DNA from: Octopus vulgaris
Lineage: Eukaryota
Assembly (NCBI GenBank): GCA_951406725.2
Contig: OX597838.1
Span: 558,001 to 622,000 of the forward strand
Length of the DNA stretch: 64,000 nt
Reading direction: 5' to 3'
The position numbers and the translations under genes were made by a program. Shown piece by piece: positions 29,948-43,772 of the stretch. The first letter of the stretch is position 1; every line of letters begins with the position of its first letter. Under the pieces are notes generated by a model that searched no databases, was not told the origin of the DNA, and saw only the letters and a program-made list of their open reading frames with translations.

Positions 29948-30857
29948 GACCACTCCAAAGATATCGATGGAGTAATTTGACAATTCCGATTGAAACATCC
30001 CGAAAGTAGTGTTACGTTTCTTGCCAGGTTGACGATGGGTCAATGTTATTGTTAGGACAACTTCAGTGAAGGGGCGGCGGCGGTGGTGATGGTGCCTCAG
30101 TTCCTCTCTTCCATCCCTAGCAACAGTCAGATAAAAAGATGGAATTGGTAAATGAATATAATTAGAAGAAGCAGTCCAGATGAAACTTGCAGAACAACGT
30201 CATTGCTGTGTTTTCTGTTCTGCGTTTTGCGAAGAGTCACCTTCATGCGAACCTTCCACCGCGCTCTTTACGCCTACTCTAACAACAAGTTACCTTAGGT
30301 CACAGTTTAAACAACAAATTTAGCCCCTTGCCCTTTATTATACAGATTTGGTGCCAAAGACTGAAGAGCTGAGCGTAAAGGGAACGAAAGACATACTTTA
30401 TAAAGATTTATCTTATTGGAGGAGGAGGAGGAGGAGGAGGAGGGGGGAGGAAGAGAGGGGAATTTACCAGAATAATGTATTGTACTTGTTGTTGTCTTAG
30501 GTTGATTCTGATCGAACAGAGCAAAAACGTTCCAAAGTGGACCATCCCCTCTTATTTTCAGAGGTAATGTTTTGACACCGCCATAGTCGTTTTTTTTTTC
30601 TTTTCAAGATTACAAGATTGTAATTTGAGGACGGCTCAGCTGCTATTTCTAATAGGTCGAGCAACTATATAGAACGTTGCGAACGTTGTGACCTACCAAG
30701 GGAGCGTTGGCTATTTAATAGGGTCCTTGAATTAAAATATTTTAACCCGTTTTTTTAAATAAATCCAGGACATGGTGTTATCAGGGATAATGTAACAAGA
30801 CTAATTATGTACCAAGGTCCAATATGATTTCATCATACAGGTTCTTGCCCCATTTAG

Positions 30858-31143
30858 CAGTGTTTCTGAACCTTTTTTTTTCTTTACCAATGGACCTCTT
30901 TGATTCTTGTTTTACTCTGCTGGACCCTCTCAGTGATTCCATGTTTTCAGATACCTTATTATTATGTTTTTATAATTAAATATTATTTGGAATTGTATAA
31001 AAAAATTATGAAATATTATGTGTATTATTGTTAGAGTATAACCAACTTTATTTGCACAAATTTTAACACCAAAATCTTATGTGGATCCCCAAGGGTGATA
31101 TGGACTCTGCAACGGTCTTTTGGGGCCCGGTTGAAAAACACGG
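30858..31143. mobile_element. hAT (Charlie-like) MITE, second copy
   Basis: Ends cagtgtttctgaacc and ggttgaaaaacacgg. Shares tttttataat.aaatat...aaatcttatgtgga.ccc.aagg with 8594-8851. Confidence 0.65.
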
Positions 31144-31918
31144 TTCTTTAGTAATTTAACATAGAGGGGCACTGGTCCTCGTAAGGGTCTGTCTGTAAGG
31201 ACACATTGTGTTATGAATATGTAGAAAACATGACTGATGGATCAACAACTCAGCCTTTTCCTTCATTAGTAAATTCAATGAAAAATTTAACATGGTTGCG
31301 ATGGTGGTGGTGGTGGTGGTGGCGATGTTCTTGCAATAATCATTGCAAGTACCTAAAAGATGGACTTACGTAAGAAAATAGGGATAATAAATTAGTTTCT
31401 GCTTCAGTAAAATAATCTGCATTTTTTTTTGTCCAAAACATAAGGAGAGGGGGAGTTTTTGGAGAAGATGGTGGGGTGGGGGCGTTTAACTATAAAATGG
31501 TTTGGAGCCACTGGTTTAAAGGTTTGTGTAGTGCTGGTGGCTGGTGTGTATGTACATCTATATCTATCTACACACACATACACACATACGCATACACAGT
31601 GTGTGTGTTGTTCAGGAATGACTGACCAGTTTTAAACACACACACAAACCCAATCCATGGCTATCAGCTATCAATAGCAATCTAATCTCAGTTAATGCCA
31701 GCAGTTTTAAACAAAGTTTATTTAGAAAGTCATTGCAATCCGCCATCTTAGTGCCGCCATCTTTGACAGGCATCGTTTCCACGAACGGTGAAATCTGGAT
31801 GCAATGAGACAAAGCTTTATTTGTTTGTTATCTCATCACATCTAATAACGATGCTTTCAGAACGAACGGCAGGCAATAAGGCGACGTAAAATGATACATA
31901 GGGGTTTATGATAATAGA

Positions 31919-32007
31919 GGACAGGTATGAGTCAGGTGAGAGTTGGACAGGTATGATGAGTCAGGTGAATGTTGGACAGGTATGACTCAGGTGATGCTGG
32001 ACAGGTA
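31919..32007 (+). promoter_or_regulatory. Short tandem array (~25-29 bp, about 3.3 copies) with three AP-1 sites, each overlapping an E-box CAGGTG; candidate intronic enhancer
   Basis: TGAGTCA at 31928-31934, TGAGTCA at 31957-31963 and TGACTCA at 31983-31989, each within ggacaggta..TGASTCAggtga. The function is inferred. Confidence 0.45.
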
Positions 32008-32563
32008 ATATAATATTGATTTTTTTTTCAAATCCACTATGACTACTGTTTGATAAACTGATTGGAGATAGTGTGGTTTCTTTGACAAGAATAGATTACA
32101 GACGGGGGTATGGGGGTATGGGGGTATGGGGGTAGTGTTTGGAGCGGCCACAATAATGTCAGTGAAAGTAGCTGTTAGTTACACAGGTAGTTTCGGTACA
32201 GACGGGAGAGTCATGGTTGGAATATATTTCACCAGTGTTGAACCAAAACTATATTATAATGATAATAACGACCAGAACGTTTTTTTTAAATTACACAGAA
32301 ATCCCCTCCGTAAATGATTATTAATGTTGATGATGATGATGATGATGTCAATTTCCCAAAGATTGCTAATTGGCTGGGAATAACAAGTGAGGCTGACCAA
32401 ACATAGGGCGGTAGAGGGGAGAGGAGGGGGTGGTGGTGGTGGTAGTAGCAGCAACAGTAGTAGTACTAGTAATAAAGAAACTTGAATTTGACTAACAAAT
32501 AGGTTTAATTACTATATTACTATACATATACAGAATTCCTTATATACATATATATATAATATA

Positions 32564-32616
<53 letters not shown>

Positions 32617-32698
32617 ATGTATATATGTACATGTGTCTGTGTATATGTATATATACATATATGTATATACATACATACAGAGATAGAGAGAGACATGC

Positions 32699-32741
<43 letters not shown>

Positions 32742-33073
32742 TAGATAGATAGATAGATATACGCATATGCATACTGACATATACACACTTATATACGTGT
32801 ATACATACTAAGATCGGGGAAGTGTTGTGTGTGTAAGTGTGTTCATGTCCGTTGGAACGAGAGTAAAAGTACTCAATACCATAAGTGGGTGTAATCATTT
32901 AGGCTGATCCAGTAGCCTATTACTTTGGAATTTTCCGGACATTACTGCTGGTTCCTAATACAAGTAAACGTTAGGGAAATGGCAACATTGTCGGGAAAAC
33001 TGCAGCGAAATACGGCACTGGATTAGCCTAAATAAGCTGTATCTCTGTCTATGGGTAAATATATTATATTCGT

Positions 33074-33272
33074 TTATTCTTCTGTTTGTTTCAGTCATTC
33101 GACTGTGGCCATGCTAGAGCACCATCTTTAGTCAAACAAATCGACCCCAGGACTTATTCTTTGTAAGCCTAGTACTTATTCTATCGGGCATTTTTGCCGA
33201 ACCGCTAAGTTACGGGGACGTAAACACATCAACATCGGTCGTCAAGCGATGGTGGGGGACAAACACAGAGAC
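33074..33272 (-). mobile_element. SINE family A, 3' half
   Basis: gtttcagtcattcgactgtggccatgctagagcacc...gccgaaccgctaagttacggggacgtaaacac. Confidence 0.88.
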
Positions 33273-33404
33273 ATGCGCACAAATATATATATATATATGT
33301 GCATATATTATATATATAATATATATGTGTATATATTATATATATGTATATATTAATATATATATGTGTGTGTGTGTGTAAATATATATATATATATAGA
33401 GATA

Positions 33405-33456
<52 letters not shown>

Positions 33457-34569
33457 CTCGCGAGGTGTGAACTTTACAAATCAAAATGGTAAACTAGAAT
33501 GACAATGGAATTATTTCTAAATGAAGACAGAATTCCTGAAAAGTTTCCACCAAATTATGACCCTTCGCCTGAAATCAGCGACACCGTCGTATGCCTTGCC
33601 ACAAGAATGGACGAAGGGAACAAACTCAAGCCGACGCATACACTGCTCGGTACTTGCTGGACTTGCTACAAATAACAGCCAAGTTTCCACTTAATCACAC
33701 TCTACTGAGTTACAAGGATACATTATAATGGAATTGTAATTATGCATCCGAAGTGTGGATGGCTATAGATGGAACGTCTTTGTGCACGTGTGTGTTATAC
33801 ACCGTCGTGTTAGTTTGGGTCAATCAAATCTGTCGTCCAGTTTTCCTGTTTTAATCTCTAATAGCTTCATACTCCGCTTCTCCGACTAATACCCTTGCCC
33901 ACCCGAAACCCCAATGAACCCTTGAAAGTAACCAAAGACCAGGACACAAATTGGAATACACCAACGCTATCAGGAAACGGTCCACCTTAGGCTTCCACAG
34001 TTTCTGTTCGCCAAATTCCACTGACAAGGAATTCGTTAATCCAAGTCTAAAGTAGAGTACGTGGTGGGATTGAACCTGCGACCACGTGGTTTCAGGCCAA
34101 CGTTCTAATCACACAACGAGATACGCATTCATTTGTCTTCCATTCCTAAAACTATCCAGAAAGACATGACCACCACAACATACTATTTTCTTCCGATCTG
34201 GTGTCTTTCCCTTTCACTAATCAATATTCACCAATAGGCTTAGTTTTTAAACCTAGCAGACACATGATCAAAGGACTTCCAGCCGTGAACATCACGTCTT
34301 TTAGTATATATCAAAGACTACAGTATCCAATGTTTTCTTTCTCATTTAAAGAGGAGAATGTGCTTTAAAGGACATTTGGCTGCTATTTCTAGCATCTGAT
34401 ATTACACAATATAGAGATAAATGTACACTTGCCAACAAGGTCGCTTATAAATAGTCTCGATCTGCTGGAAACAGTAGCCATAATTCCTTTAAATGACACC
34501 CTGTTTTATTTAAAAAAGATGATATTGGACTATATATATATATATATATATATATACATACATACATAC

Positions 34570-35590
34570 ATAACGATAACAACACAGATGTCCAACAGTT
34601 GATAGATAAAATGCACAGCTCTCACAAAACTTATATAAATGATAAGAGCTCATCCAGAAAAGAGAATGCCTACAAAAAATGCAGAGGCCAGGTCCAACAT
34701 GCTCTGAGACAGCTGAAGGAGGCTTGGTGATCTTCCAAGGCTACTGAACTTCAAGAAGCTGCAGACAGAAAGGATTCTAAAGCCTTCATTGATGGCTTCA
34801 AGAAAGTGTATGGAACAAGTGGTGGACTATTCAATCATCACCGTTTCAAAGCCAGAACACGACCAAGCACCAGTATCATTTGTGATTTACTTCTTGCAAA
34901 ATGATGCTGTACTAGTAGCGACCTCTTTAGAGGAATCTCAGGGACTTCTAGACCGGTTTTTTTTGCTGCATGTAAAGCCTTTGGTTTGACCATCAGCATA
35001 AAAGAAGACGGAAGTAATCCACCAACTTTGCCCTACTCCTAAACAAATTCGAGGTGTCAAGCAGAGGCCAGCGGTTCACAGTTTTCCAGACCCTTCTATA
35101 CAGGTTGATGGGAAAAGCCTAAATTATGTGAAGTCTTTTAGATATTTTGGTTGTAAAGTGAACTTGAGTGTTTCCCTTAATGATGAAATCGTCAACCGTT
35201 TTGGAAAGGCAACCAACACTTTTGGTAAACTCAGTCCTTTCCTATGGAATGAAAGGGACATCAAACTTGATACCAGAGTACAAGTCTATAAAGCTGCCAT
35301 CCTTACTCCCCTCTTGTATGGCTTAGAATAGTGGATACCCTATAGACGACACATTAACCAACTAGACAGCTTCCACAAAGACTGAGGACAATCTGTGGTT
35401 ATTCACTAAAAGACAGAGTTTCTAATGCCCACCTGTTTAGCAAAGTGTTTGATTGGTGGAATTGAGAGCTTCCTTATACAACCACAATTGTGCTGGACTG
35501 GCCATGTCGTCAGAATGAGTGAGGAAAGAATACCCAAAGTCCTCATGTACAGCCAGCTTGAGAGTGGACACAAGAATGTTGTTCGACCGC
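34570..35590 (+). mobile_element. Degenerate RTE-clade LINE fragment (RT C-terminal half, with stops and frameshifts)
   Basis: Peptides NDAVLVATSLEESQGLLDRF (decayed FADD region), VKSFRYFGCKV...LNDEIVNRFGKATNTFGKL...WNERDIKLDTRVQVYKAAILTPLLYGLE*W and QLCWTGHVVRMSEERIPKVLMYSQLESG are typical of RTE/BovB-like ORF2. Confidence 0.9.
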
Positions 35591-35673
35591 TAAGTTACGG
35601 GAACATAAACACTCCAGCATCGGTCGTCAAGCGATGATGGCGGGTGGAGGGACACACAGACACACAAACATAC

Positions 35674-35769
<96 letters not shown>

Positions 35770-36028
35770 ATAATTAAAATGACAGGGGAAAAGAAATAAT
35801 GTCACACACTTTATGCAGTTCTCGGGTGATGCAGAAGCATTTAACCCTGACTGCATATCATTGTAGAAACAGCTGTAAGCTAAAGAAGTGTATCACATAA
35901 TGTCCTCTTCCTCTGTCATTTACTTAATTCCTTATTATTGCCATTCTGTAGTCGACAGACGCTTTGTTCTGAAGCATATGTGGACTGAGTTCCAAAACCA
36001 GGTTTTTAGTATCGCTGTGCTTAAGGGA

Positions 36029-36081
<53 letters not shown>

Positions 36082-36094
36082 TAATAATAATCCA

Positions 36095-36266
36095 TTCTAC
36101 TATAGGCACAAGGCCTGAAATTTGGTGGGAGGGGGCAGTCGATTAGATCTACCCCAGTATGCAACTGGTACTTATTTCATCGAACCCCGAAGGGATGAAA
36201 GGCAAAGTCGACCTCGGCGGAATTTGAACTCAGAACGCCCGGCGCGCTAACGATTCGGCCAGCTCT
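36095..36266 (-). mobile_element. SINE family B with (AAT)n tail
   Basis: ctggtacttatttcatcgaaccccgaagggatgaaaggcaaagtcgacctcggcggaatttgaactcagaacg; the (AAT)n tract at 36030-36092 is adjacent. Confidence 0.85.
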
Positions 36267-36921
36267 AATAATAACATATGCGACAGATGGAGGTCGTCAT
36301 GGCTGGAAGAGTTTTGATGATCGTTCTGCTCCATCACAAACGATCTGGGGCTAAACATCAACATTCATGTTTGGTCAATGTAATCGTGAACAAAGTTTGA
36401 CCGAGTGACCACTGTCCAGCATACTGAGAGATTTCGCCGCATGGTCAAAGGGAGATAACTGTCCCCAGTGAACTGACCACAGTAGCCAACTGCAGAGGTT
36501 CTCAGCAACCGCGCAGGGTCAACTGGACATTTAGAAATAACAGTTAAACCTCTTCAAATCGTATGGTTTAGTTAAAAAAAATGAGGGACACTTAGAGTAA
36601 TAGAGAGCTAGATAAATAAGACAGGATGGTCACGTCTGAACTGCCACTAACCGGAATTGACCTGGGGTTAAACAACAGCAAGAACAACGATTATAAGAAA
36701 ATGTATAAGTGTCTCTCCGAGTTATTTGGTGAGGAGAATTGGTGGAGTTCATGCTTTGACCAAGAAGCTTTTAGTAAACGAAATGACTGAGCAAAAAAAA
36801 AACATCTCCAGCATTGTATAGGCAGCAGTAGCGTGTGGTGGTGCTTAGTTAACTCCAACAACAACAGCACAAACACACACTAAACATATAATATATATAT
36901 ATATATGTGTGTATATGTATA

Positions 36922-36956
<35 letters not shown>

Positions 36957-37073
36957 GTATATATATATGTATATATATATATGTATATATATATATATTA
37001 TACTAATACATCTGTTTGTTTTCTACACCGCTTGGCTTCGTCATTTCTTTTTCTTTTTTTCGTGAATTCTCCC

Positions 37074-37129
<56 letters not shown>

Positions 37130-38467
37130 GACAGAGAGAAAGAGAGACAGAGACAGAGAGAGTGAGAACGTGTAGCACATACCCTGTGCTCAACGGCCGT
37201 TTCATTAAGATAAACACCGCAAAACATAGAAGTATCTAATTGTGATACATAATTCATTTCAATTAATTCTAAAACTGCCTCCTCAAATATGTATGAGGAT
37301 GATGTATGCAATCATGTATATGTCTATGTACGTCTGAATAGGGGCCGGGATCTATCAAAGGGTCACACTGATATATATACAGATATGTATGGATGGATGG
37401 ATGGATGCATATAATTATGAATATATGTGAATATATGAATATATGTATGTACGTATGAATAGGGGGGGGGATCATTCAAAGGGACATAACTCTGGAAGAT
37501 TATCATCCATTATAACAAATTCAGTTCCCCACCTTCACCCCCACATTATCATCTCCACCCACCCACCCACTTCCTGTGGTCAGTGTTTAAGCAGTGCCCC
37601 CCCCCCCTACTCGCCACACTAACTTTTACGCTGGTCGATGTGTAGAAGTCTCTCGTCAACTTTCATCTATGAAACCCTGACATTTATTTTAGAATTTGGT
37701 CCCCGTGGTCCCTTCACAGACACAAGCACAGAGGTAGAGAGGAGGAAAGGGCTGAAGTGCGTGGCCCCTTCACAGACACTCGCAGACGGCTGAGATCGAG
37801 ATCCACCCGGAAAACACTTCATGCATCCCTAGGGATTAATTACCCTAACTCGAATCCCCCGACCACCACCTACTGACTCATCCGATGCCATTTATTCATT
37901 TCACTCCTTATATGGACATGGCAACATTGGTCTTTGGTCCCCTACCACCACCCCCTTTCAAAAGGGTGTGTGTGTGTGCATGTGTCAAACATACCGTCAT
38001 GTGACTGCTTCAAACACTCAGGGAATATTTATGATACGATACCCAGGTATGAAAGGGGTAGGTACCCCTAATCTGAGGGTGTCGTGAACTGAGACAAAGG
38101 GATAAACAGGGTGTGTTCAATGCCACACACACACACACACACACATTTAATTACTCTTCGTTACACTTAGACCGTGATGAGAGTTTATGAATCAAAACTT
38201 GTATAGTAACGTGGAGGGATGGGGGAGGGTCTAAATGAGCCCCTTGAATTGCTAGACATAACAGCCAAATCTGCCTCAAATCAGATTTAAAAAAGGAAAA
38301 GCATTAGAATGATTTAGTCCGAGGTACATTTAGACAACATGGTCACGTTTGGAATGTTTTCTTATTTCTATTTTATCATAGGCGTGCAGGCTGGGAGCTG
38401 AGATGGCGCTTAACACCACCATCAACTACAGCAGCAGCAATACCACCACCACCAACCACCACCACCA

Positions 38468-38509
<42 letters not shown>

Positions 38510-38777
38510 ACGAACAACAAGTGACATATTTATCAATATGTTTTGTTGGTATTAAATTAATGAGAGCAGTTATTGGTGTGTAATGACTGATCTAATTATT
38601 ATATTACATGTGTGTGGTGCCCTCTATCGGCAGATTCTAAAGCGAGATGGAGGAGGAGGGGAGGAAGACGAGGAGCTAATAAGATTAGCTTATTTAATTA
38701 GCTGTCACTGATTAACGAAGTCTGCCACCTGTTCAGACCTTTTAGGACAGCAAATTGGCGTTTGAGACATACTCTGT

Positions 38778-38811
<34 letters not shown>

Positions 38812-39095
38812 GAGAGAGGGGGGGGGGAGAAAAAGACAGGGGGAGGAGAGAGTGAGGTACGAGAGATAAATGTAAATATTAATGTTACGTAACAGCCATG
38901 TGTCGTAGCTTTTATATCTCATAGAATCTGTCAAAGTGGGCATTGTTTACAATAAACAATGAATTAAGTCGCCTGGTTATTGCTTTAGGGAATTTCTTGG
39001 AAATCGAACCCAAAATCGTGGCACTTTAAGCCAAACGATGATGATCATGGTGATGATAATAATATCAACAAGCAGACATAGTGATTGCGTGAGAG

Positions 39096-39134
<39 letters not shown>

Positions 39135-39619
39135 TGTGTTAGCCATCAGCCAGAAATAATTCCTATCGCTGACAAAAATTAACTTTACACCGCTATAATC
39201 ACCGGTGTTCCAGCTGTAATGTTTCTCCTCTTAAAAAAAAAAAGCCTGAAACCTTCAAACATCTTTTCCTTCTCTTTCATTCAGCTTTACTTGTTTGTTT
39301 GTTTATTTCTTTGTTTTACTTAAAAAGGAAAACTTTGCCAGCGTATCAGCTGATTAGCTAAAGGTGTGCAACATCCCCGCCGCCCGTTTTTCTTTCGTTG
39401 GAGTCACTACAGACACAGTTTAACAATATTGTAGTGTTATCTGCTCTCCTCTCTTATCTCAATTTATTGATAAACTACTCACTTTCAAACTAACTCTAAT
39501 CCTCTCTTTTCTTTCCCGCAAACATCTGCCAGTTGTCTTCTTCTAACGTTGGTAGATGTCTTCAGTTACTGGTAGATATCATATCTATCTACTACCAACG
39601 TACATGCCAGTCTGTGCTA

Positions 39620-39734
<115 letters not shown>

Positions 39735-39757
39735 TTGACAGATGTGTATGAGTGTGC

Positions 39758-39839
<82 letters not shown>

Positions 39840-39843
39840 ATAT

Positions 39844-39906
<63 letters not shown>

Positions 39907-41391
39907 AGTACACACGTATACACAGACACACACACACGAACACGTACATACGTCAATATTTATTACATAGAAATATGTATTCATATGCGTGGCCGCTTTT
40001 ACACACACACACACACGTGTTGCACAGATACACTGTCACTAATAATACGTCATTAAAACAATAGATTTTGCGCCTAAATCTTTGTTCAACCAGTCTTTGG
40101 TGAGTTGGGGGTCATTGAGGAATTGCAACTCCAAAAATTTGAAGTTTTGCTTTACATTCCTTGTTTTAATTTGGTAGAATATATGAATGCCATTTTATGT
40201 GTCTTGGTATTCGACCATATATATATATGCTAGCACAGACTGGCATGTACGTTGGTAGTTCATAGATATGATATCTACCAGTCAAAATGATTGAGATCCG
40301 ACACTCGCGAGTTTGGCTTCAAAATATATTCCACTTCTGCATTTCATTGTAAATATTCACATCTACTCATTAGAAACCTCCTCTGATTAGGAGGAGGTTA
40401 TTGAACAGTTGAGAGTCTTTAAGCAGAAAGTTATTGTAATAACCAAGAAGCGACAGAAGAACATCACGTTAAATTATCTCTATAGATTCTCAATAGAAAC
40501 TAAAGCCAGCCCTGAAAGTTACGGCATTTCCTACATGAATACGTCTATGTAAACAATGTGAACGAAGATAGAAAACTCGGGAATGGGTGTATATGAACAT
40601 TTCAGGAATCCTTGCTCTTTCCTCAGCATCCAACACTTTCACCATCCTCCACGAACACATTGCTTAAAGAGCCAGCATGTTCAGCGAAATACAATGTCCT
40701 TACCAGCGACTAACACTGAGTAACGTTTCTAATTCGAGTTATTCTCATAGTTTTCGCCGACAAAGTTTGCTACCAATCCCATCATGTATTTCCATATTTT
40801 TCTAGCAGACTATGACGGCTCAAAGCTATGAACCTCTGCCACTAGTTCTGCTGCTGCTGCTGCTACGAGAACAGAGCACCAGTTGATCAGTTGTAAGTCA
40901 GTCGGGAAGTTTGACACTGAGAGATGACTACAGCTTGGCATTTATCACACAAACAACTGCGGTTGTTATATGTCTTCGGCTAAACTAACAGCTTCTTGGT
41001 CCCCTCCCCCACCAACCCCACTCTTATTTTTTCTTTTTATATATTCTTCGGTTCTTCCATCCAGACACTTGTCGGCATGTCGTTGCCATTTTGGTAATAT
41101 CTACATACAGAAGAATTATCCTTACTAATTATATACACACATAAATGTATGTGTGAGTGTGTGTGTGTGTGTACATAAAGAACGCGATAAAAAAAGGAGC
41201 AAGTGACGGGTGGTAACGGTAATGGGAGCAGAGGTGGTTGGGAGATGTGGGGACGGTAAGAAAATTTTTTGCCCCAAATTTTATATAGGCCATGATACAG
41301 TTTCTGAAATGTACACACACACACACACGCGGGAACATATAAATATGTAAGGGTGTGTAGTAATATATACATACATACATACATACATACA

Positions 41392-41432
<41 letters not shown>

Positions 41433-41632
41433 CTAATTCTACCACTTATGCTGTAATACGTCTTGTACATTTAATTCTACGCAACACACACCCCGGTATA
41501 TATATATATAGTTTTAAGACACACAGAAAAGCATATATAATCGTACATCTGTATATTTGTCATTAAGAAACAGCGTACAGATATACACACGTATTCGCTA
41601 CTTTTCAAATTGTATATACATGTGTGTGTATG

Positions 41633-41700
<68 letters not shown>

Positions 41701-42580
41701 CATACATACATATATATATATGTGTGTGTGTGTATACAAATGTATATTTGTTGAGTATGTCCCTGTGTAGTTCGTGCAGACTTAGTCTTTCACCAAACGA
41801 TTCCTTAGGTTCTTGGCGTTACCATTTATTGATGACACAAAATACCTTCCACACCATGACCACCACCGTCAACTCTCCACACCTCACACATTACAAACGT
41901 GTATTTGTAATACCACTCCATATTCCTCCACCCATCAGACGCTCTGAGCCAAATGAAGAAATCATCATCATCATTTACTTGCACTACGTGATGCATCACA
42001 CACGCACTTAGGTATATACAAACATGGCAACACACACATGATATACGCAAAACCAAAACGTACATACACTCACAAATACATACAAAACACAAACATACAT
42101 ACAGGCATACCAAAATGTACACACACACACATGTATATACATAAAATCATATACGCACAGACACACACATATATGCCTCTCTCTATATGTATTGATGTCC
42201 TTCTGTCTGTCTGTCTGTCTGTCTGTATGAATGAATGACTGTACAGTGTGTAGCATGGCTCGTTGGTACAACAGTCCAACGATGAGTTCAATTGTCCAAT
42301 GAATTGTCTGAAATACGTTCGAATGAAGTGAGGGAGGGGAGAGAAGCGAACGAGTATTCTGTCGATAGATGGATCCTGAAAAATCGTTCTTAGATCAGGA
42401 GTTAGTGTAGCAAAGGGTGCCACCAAGATGGACCCTTCAATGATAGGGACTCTCCCGCCTTTCTGTCCATCCAGTTTCGCATATAAAGGTTCAATTGACC
42501 CGGGGTGGAGTAGAAACATTTGCTCAAGACCGCCTACTTGCGAAGTGAGCTTCACAACCATTTGGTCTGTTCCGACCACA

Positions 42581-42635
<55 letters not shown>

Positions 42636-42849
42636 ATTTGGGTATACACACGCAGGCATGTATATAGTATTTCATTATGCCTGTGTATGGCTAAAATTAT
42701 AATAATCCAAACACACATACGAACATTATAGACACATATATTACATATAAATAGTAGACATCAGTGAAATCTGCATATATATAGATACACATAGCCATAT
42801 ATATATATGTGTGTGTGTGTGTGTCTGTATTTATTAAAAGCTGACTTAC

Positions 42850-43041
42850 CATTCCTTTTTTCTGTATATTCGTTCCAGCACTCCTTTGAGTTCGCGGCTG
42901 GGCCGAGTCCACTGGCTGGCAGAATAATTGTACAACGACCAGCAGCACGAAGAGAAGGTATTTCGTCCAGGAACCGAACCCGCTTCCATGGTAATTAAAA
43001 CTGGACGATTTCGAATTGGAAAGCCGGTTGAGTGTTAACAT
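42850..43041 (-). CDS. MMP: MMP first coding exon, minimal version (signal peptide plus start of pro-peptide, 64 aa)
   Basis: MLTLNRLSNSKSSSFNYHGSGFGSWTKYLLFVLLVVVQLFCQPVDS-AQPRTQRSAGTNIQKKGM has a basic residue, a hydrophobic core and a plausible VDS|A cleavage site. A consensus gtaagt donor in phase with the pro-domain exon follows. Confidence 0.8.
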
Positions 43042-43739
43042 CGGGTTAGATTTGGAACATTGAATCCGCGGCGGCACTGTTGTGTTGGCGACTGGAAACG
43101 ACGGAGATTTTGGTAAGTCTGACGGAGCTGTGCCTGTGGGGGATAACATTGCTTCTACTACAGGAGGTGGGGGTTGTGGTGATGAGGATGCTGATGATGA
43201 TGATGGTGGTGGTGGTGGTGGTGGTGGTAGGGGTGATAATTCTGATGGTGTTTCTGATGTTGTTATTGAAGGTGGTGATGATGATGATGCTGTTGTTGAT
43301 GATGAGGATGTTGATGATATTGATGATGAAGATGATGATGGAATCGGGGCAGATGATGAAGAAAGAGATGAAGGTAGCAGCAATGGCTTTATGTTGGTGT
43401 GGGACTTGTTGAGGGGCGACGAGTAAATAAGGGTGTATACACTAGAGGGAGACAGCTGGGTCCAACGCTGGCCGTGTGTAGTTGTCGACATGTTGATGGC
43501 TTCCCTTTCTGACAGTTTTGCCGAAGTCAAGAACTGTGGAGCGGCGGCTGAGCCGAAGCTGCTGCTGCTGCTGTTTGTAGTTGATGGAGGAGTCAGAGTA
43601 AGATGATGAAGGGAAGCAGCAGCGGCGGCGGCGTCAGTTGGCGGAGGTGGTGGTGGCGATGGTGATAGTAGTAGCAGGGAAGAACAGCTGTCAGTAGGGG
43701 AGGCCGTCGGAGGATAACCCTCGCTCACATCATCACCAC

Positions 43740-43772
<33 letters not shown>

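Noticed and set aside
42070-42675. 201-aa minus-strand ORF with a unique-looking middle (VVGTDQMVVKL...DCCTNEPCY)
   Set aside because: Both ends are microsatellite. The section at ~42460-42565 resembles a decayed family A SINE, and no protein motif was recognised.
42697-42849. C-terminal tail of the 1242-aa ORF (VSQLLINTDTHTHT...)
   Set aside because: It lies past the gtaagt donor and runs into (CA)n, so it is treated as intron read-through.
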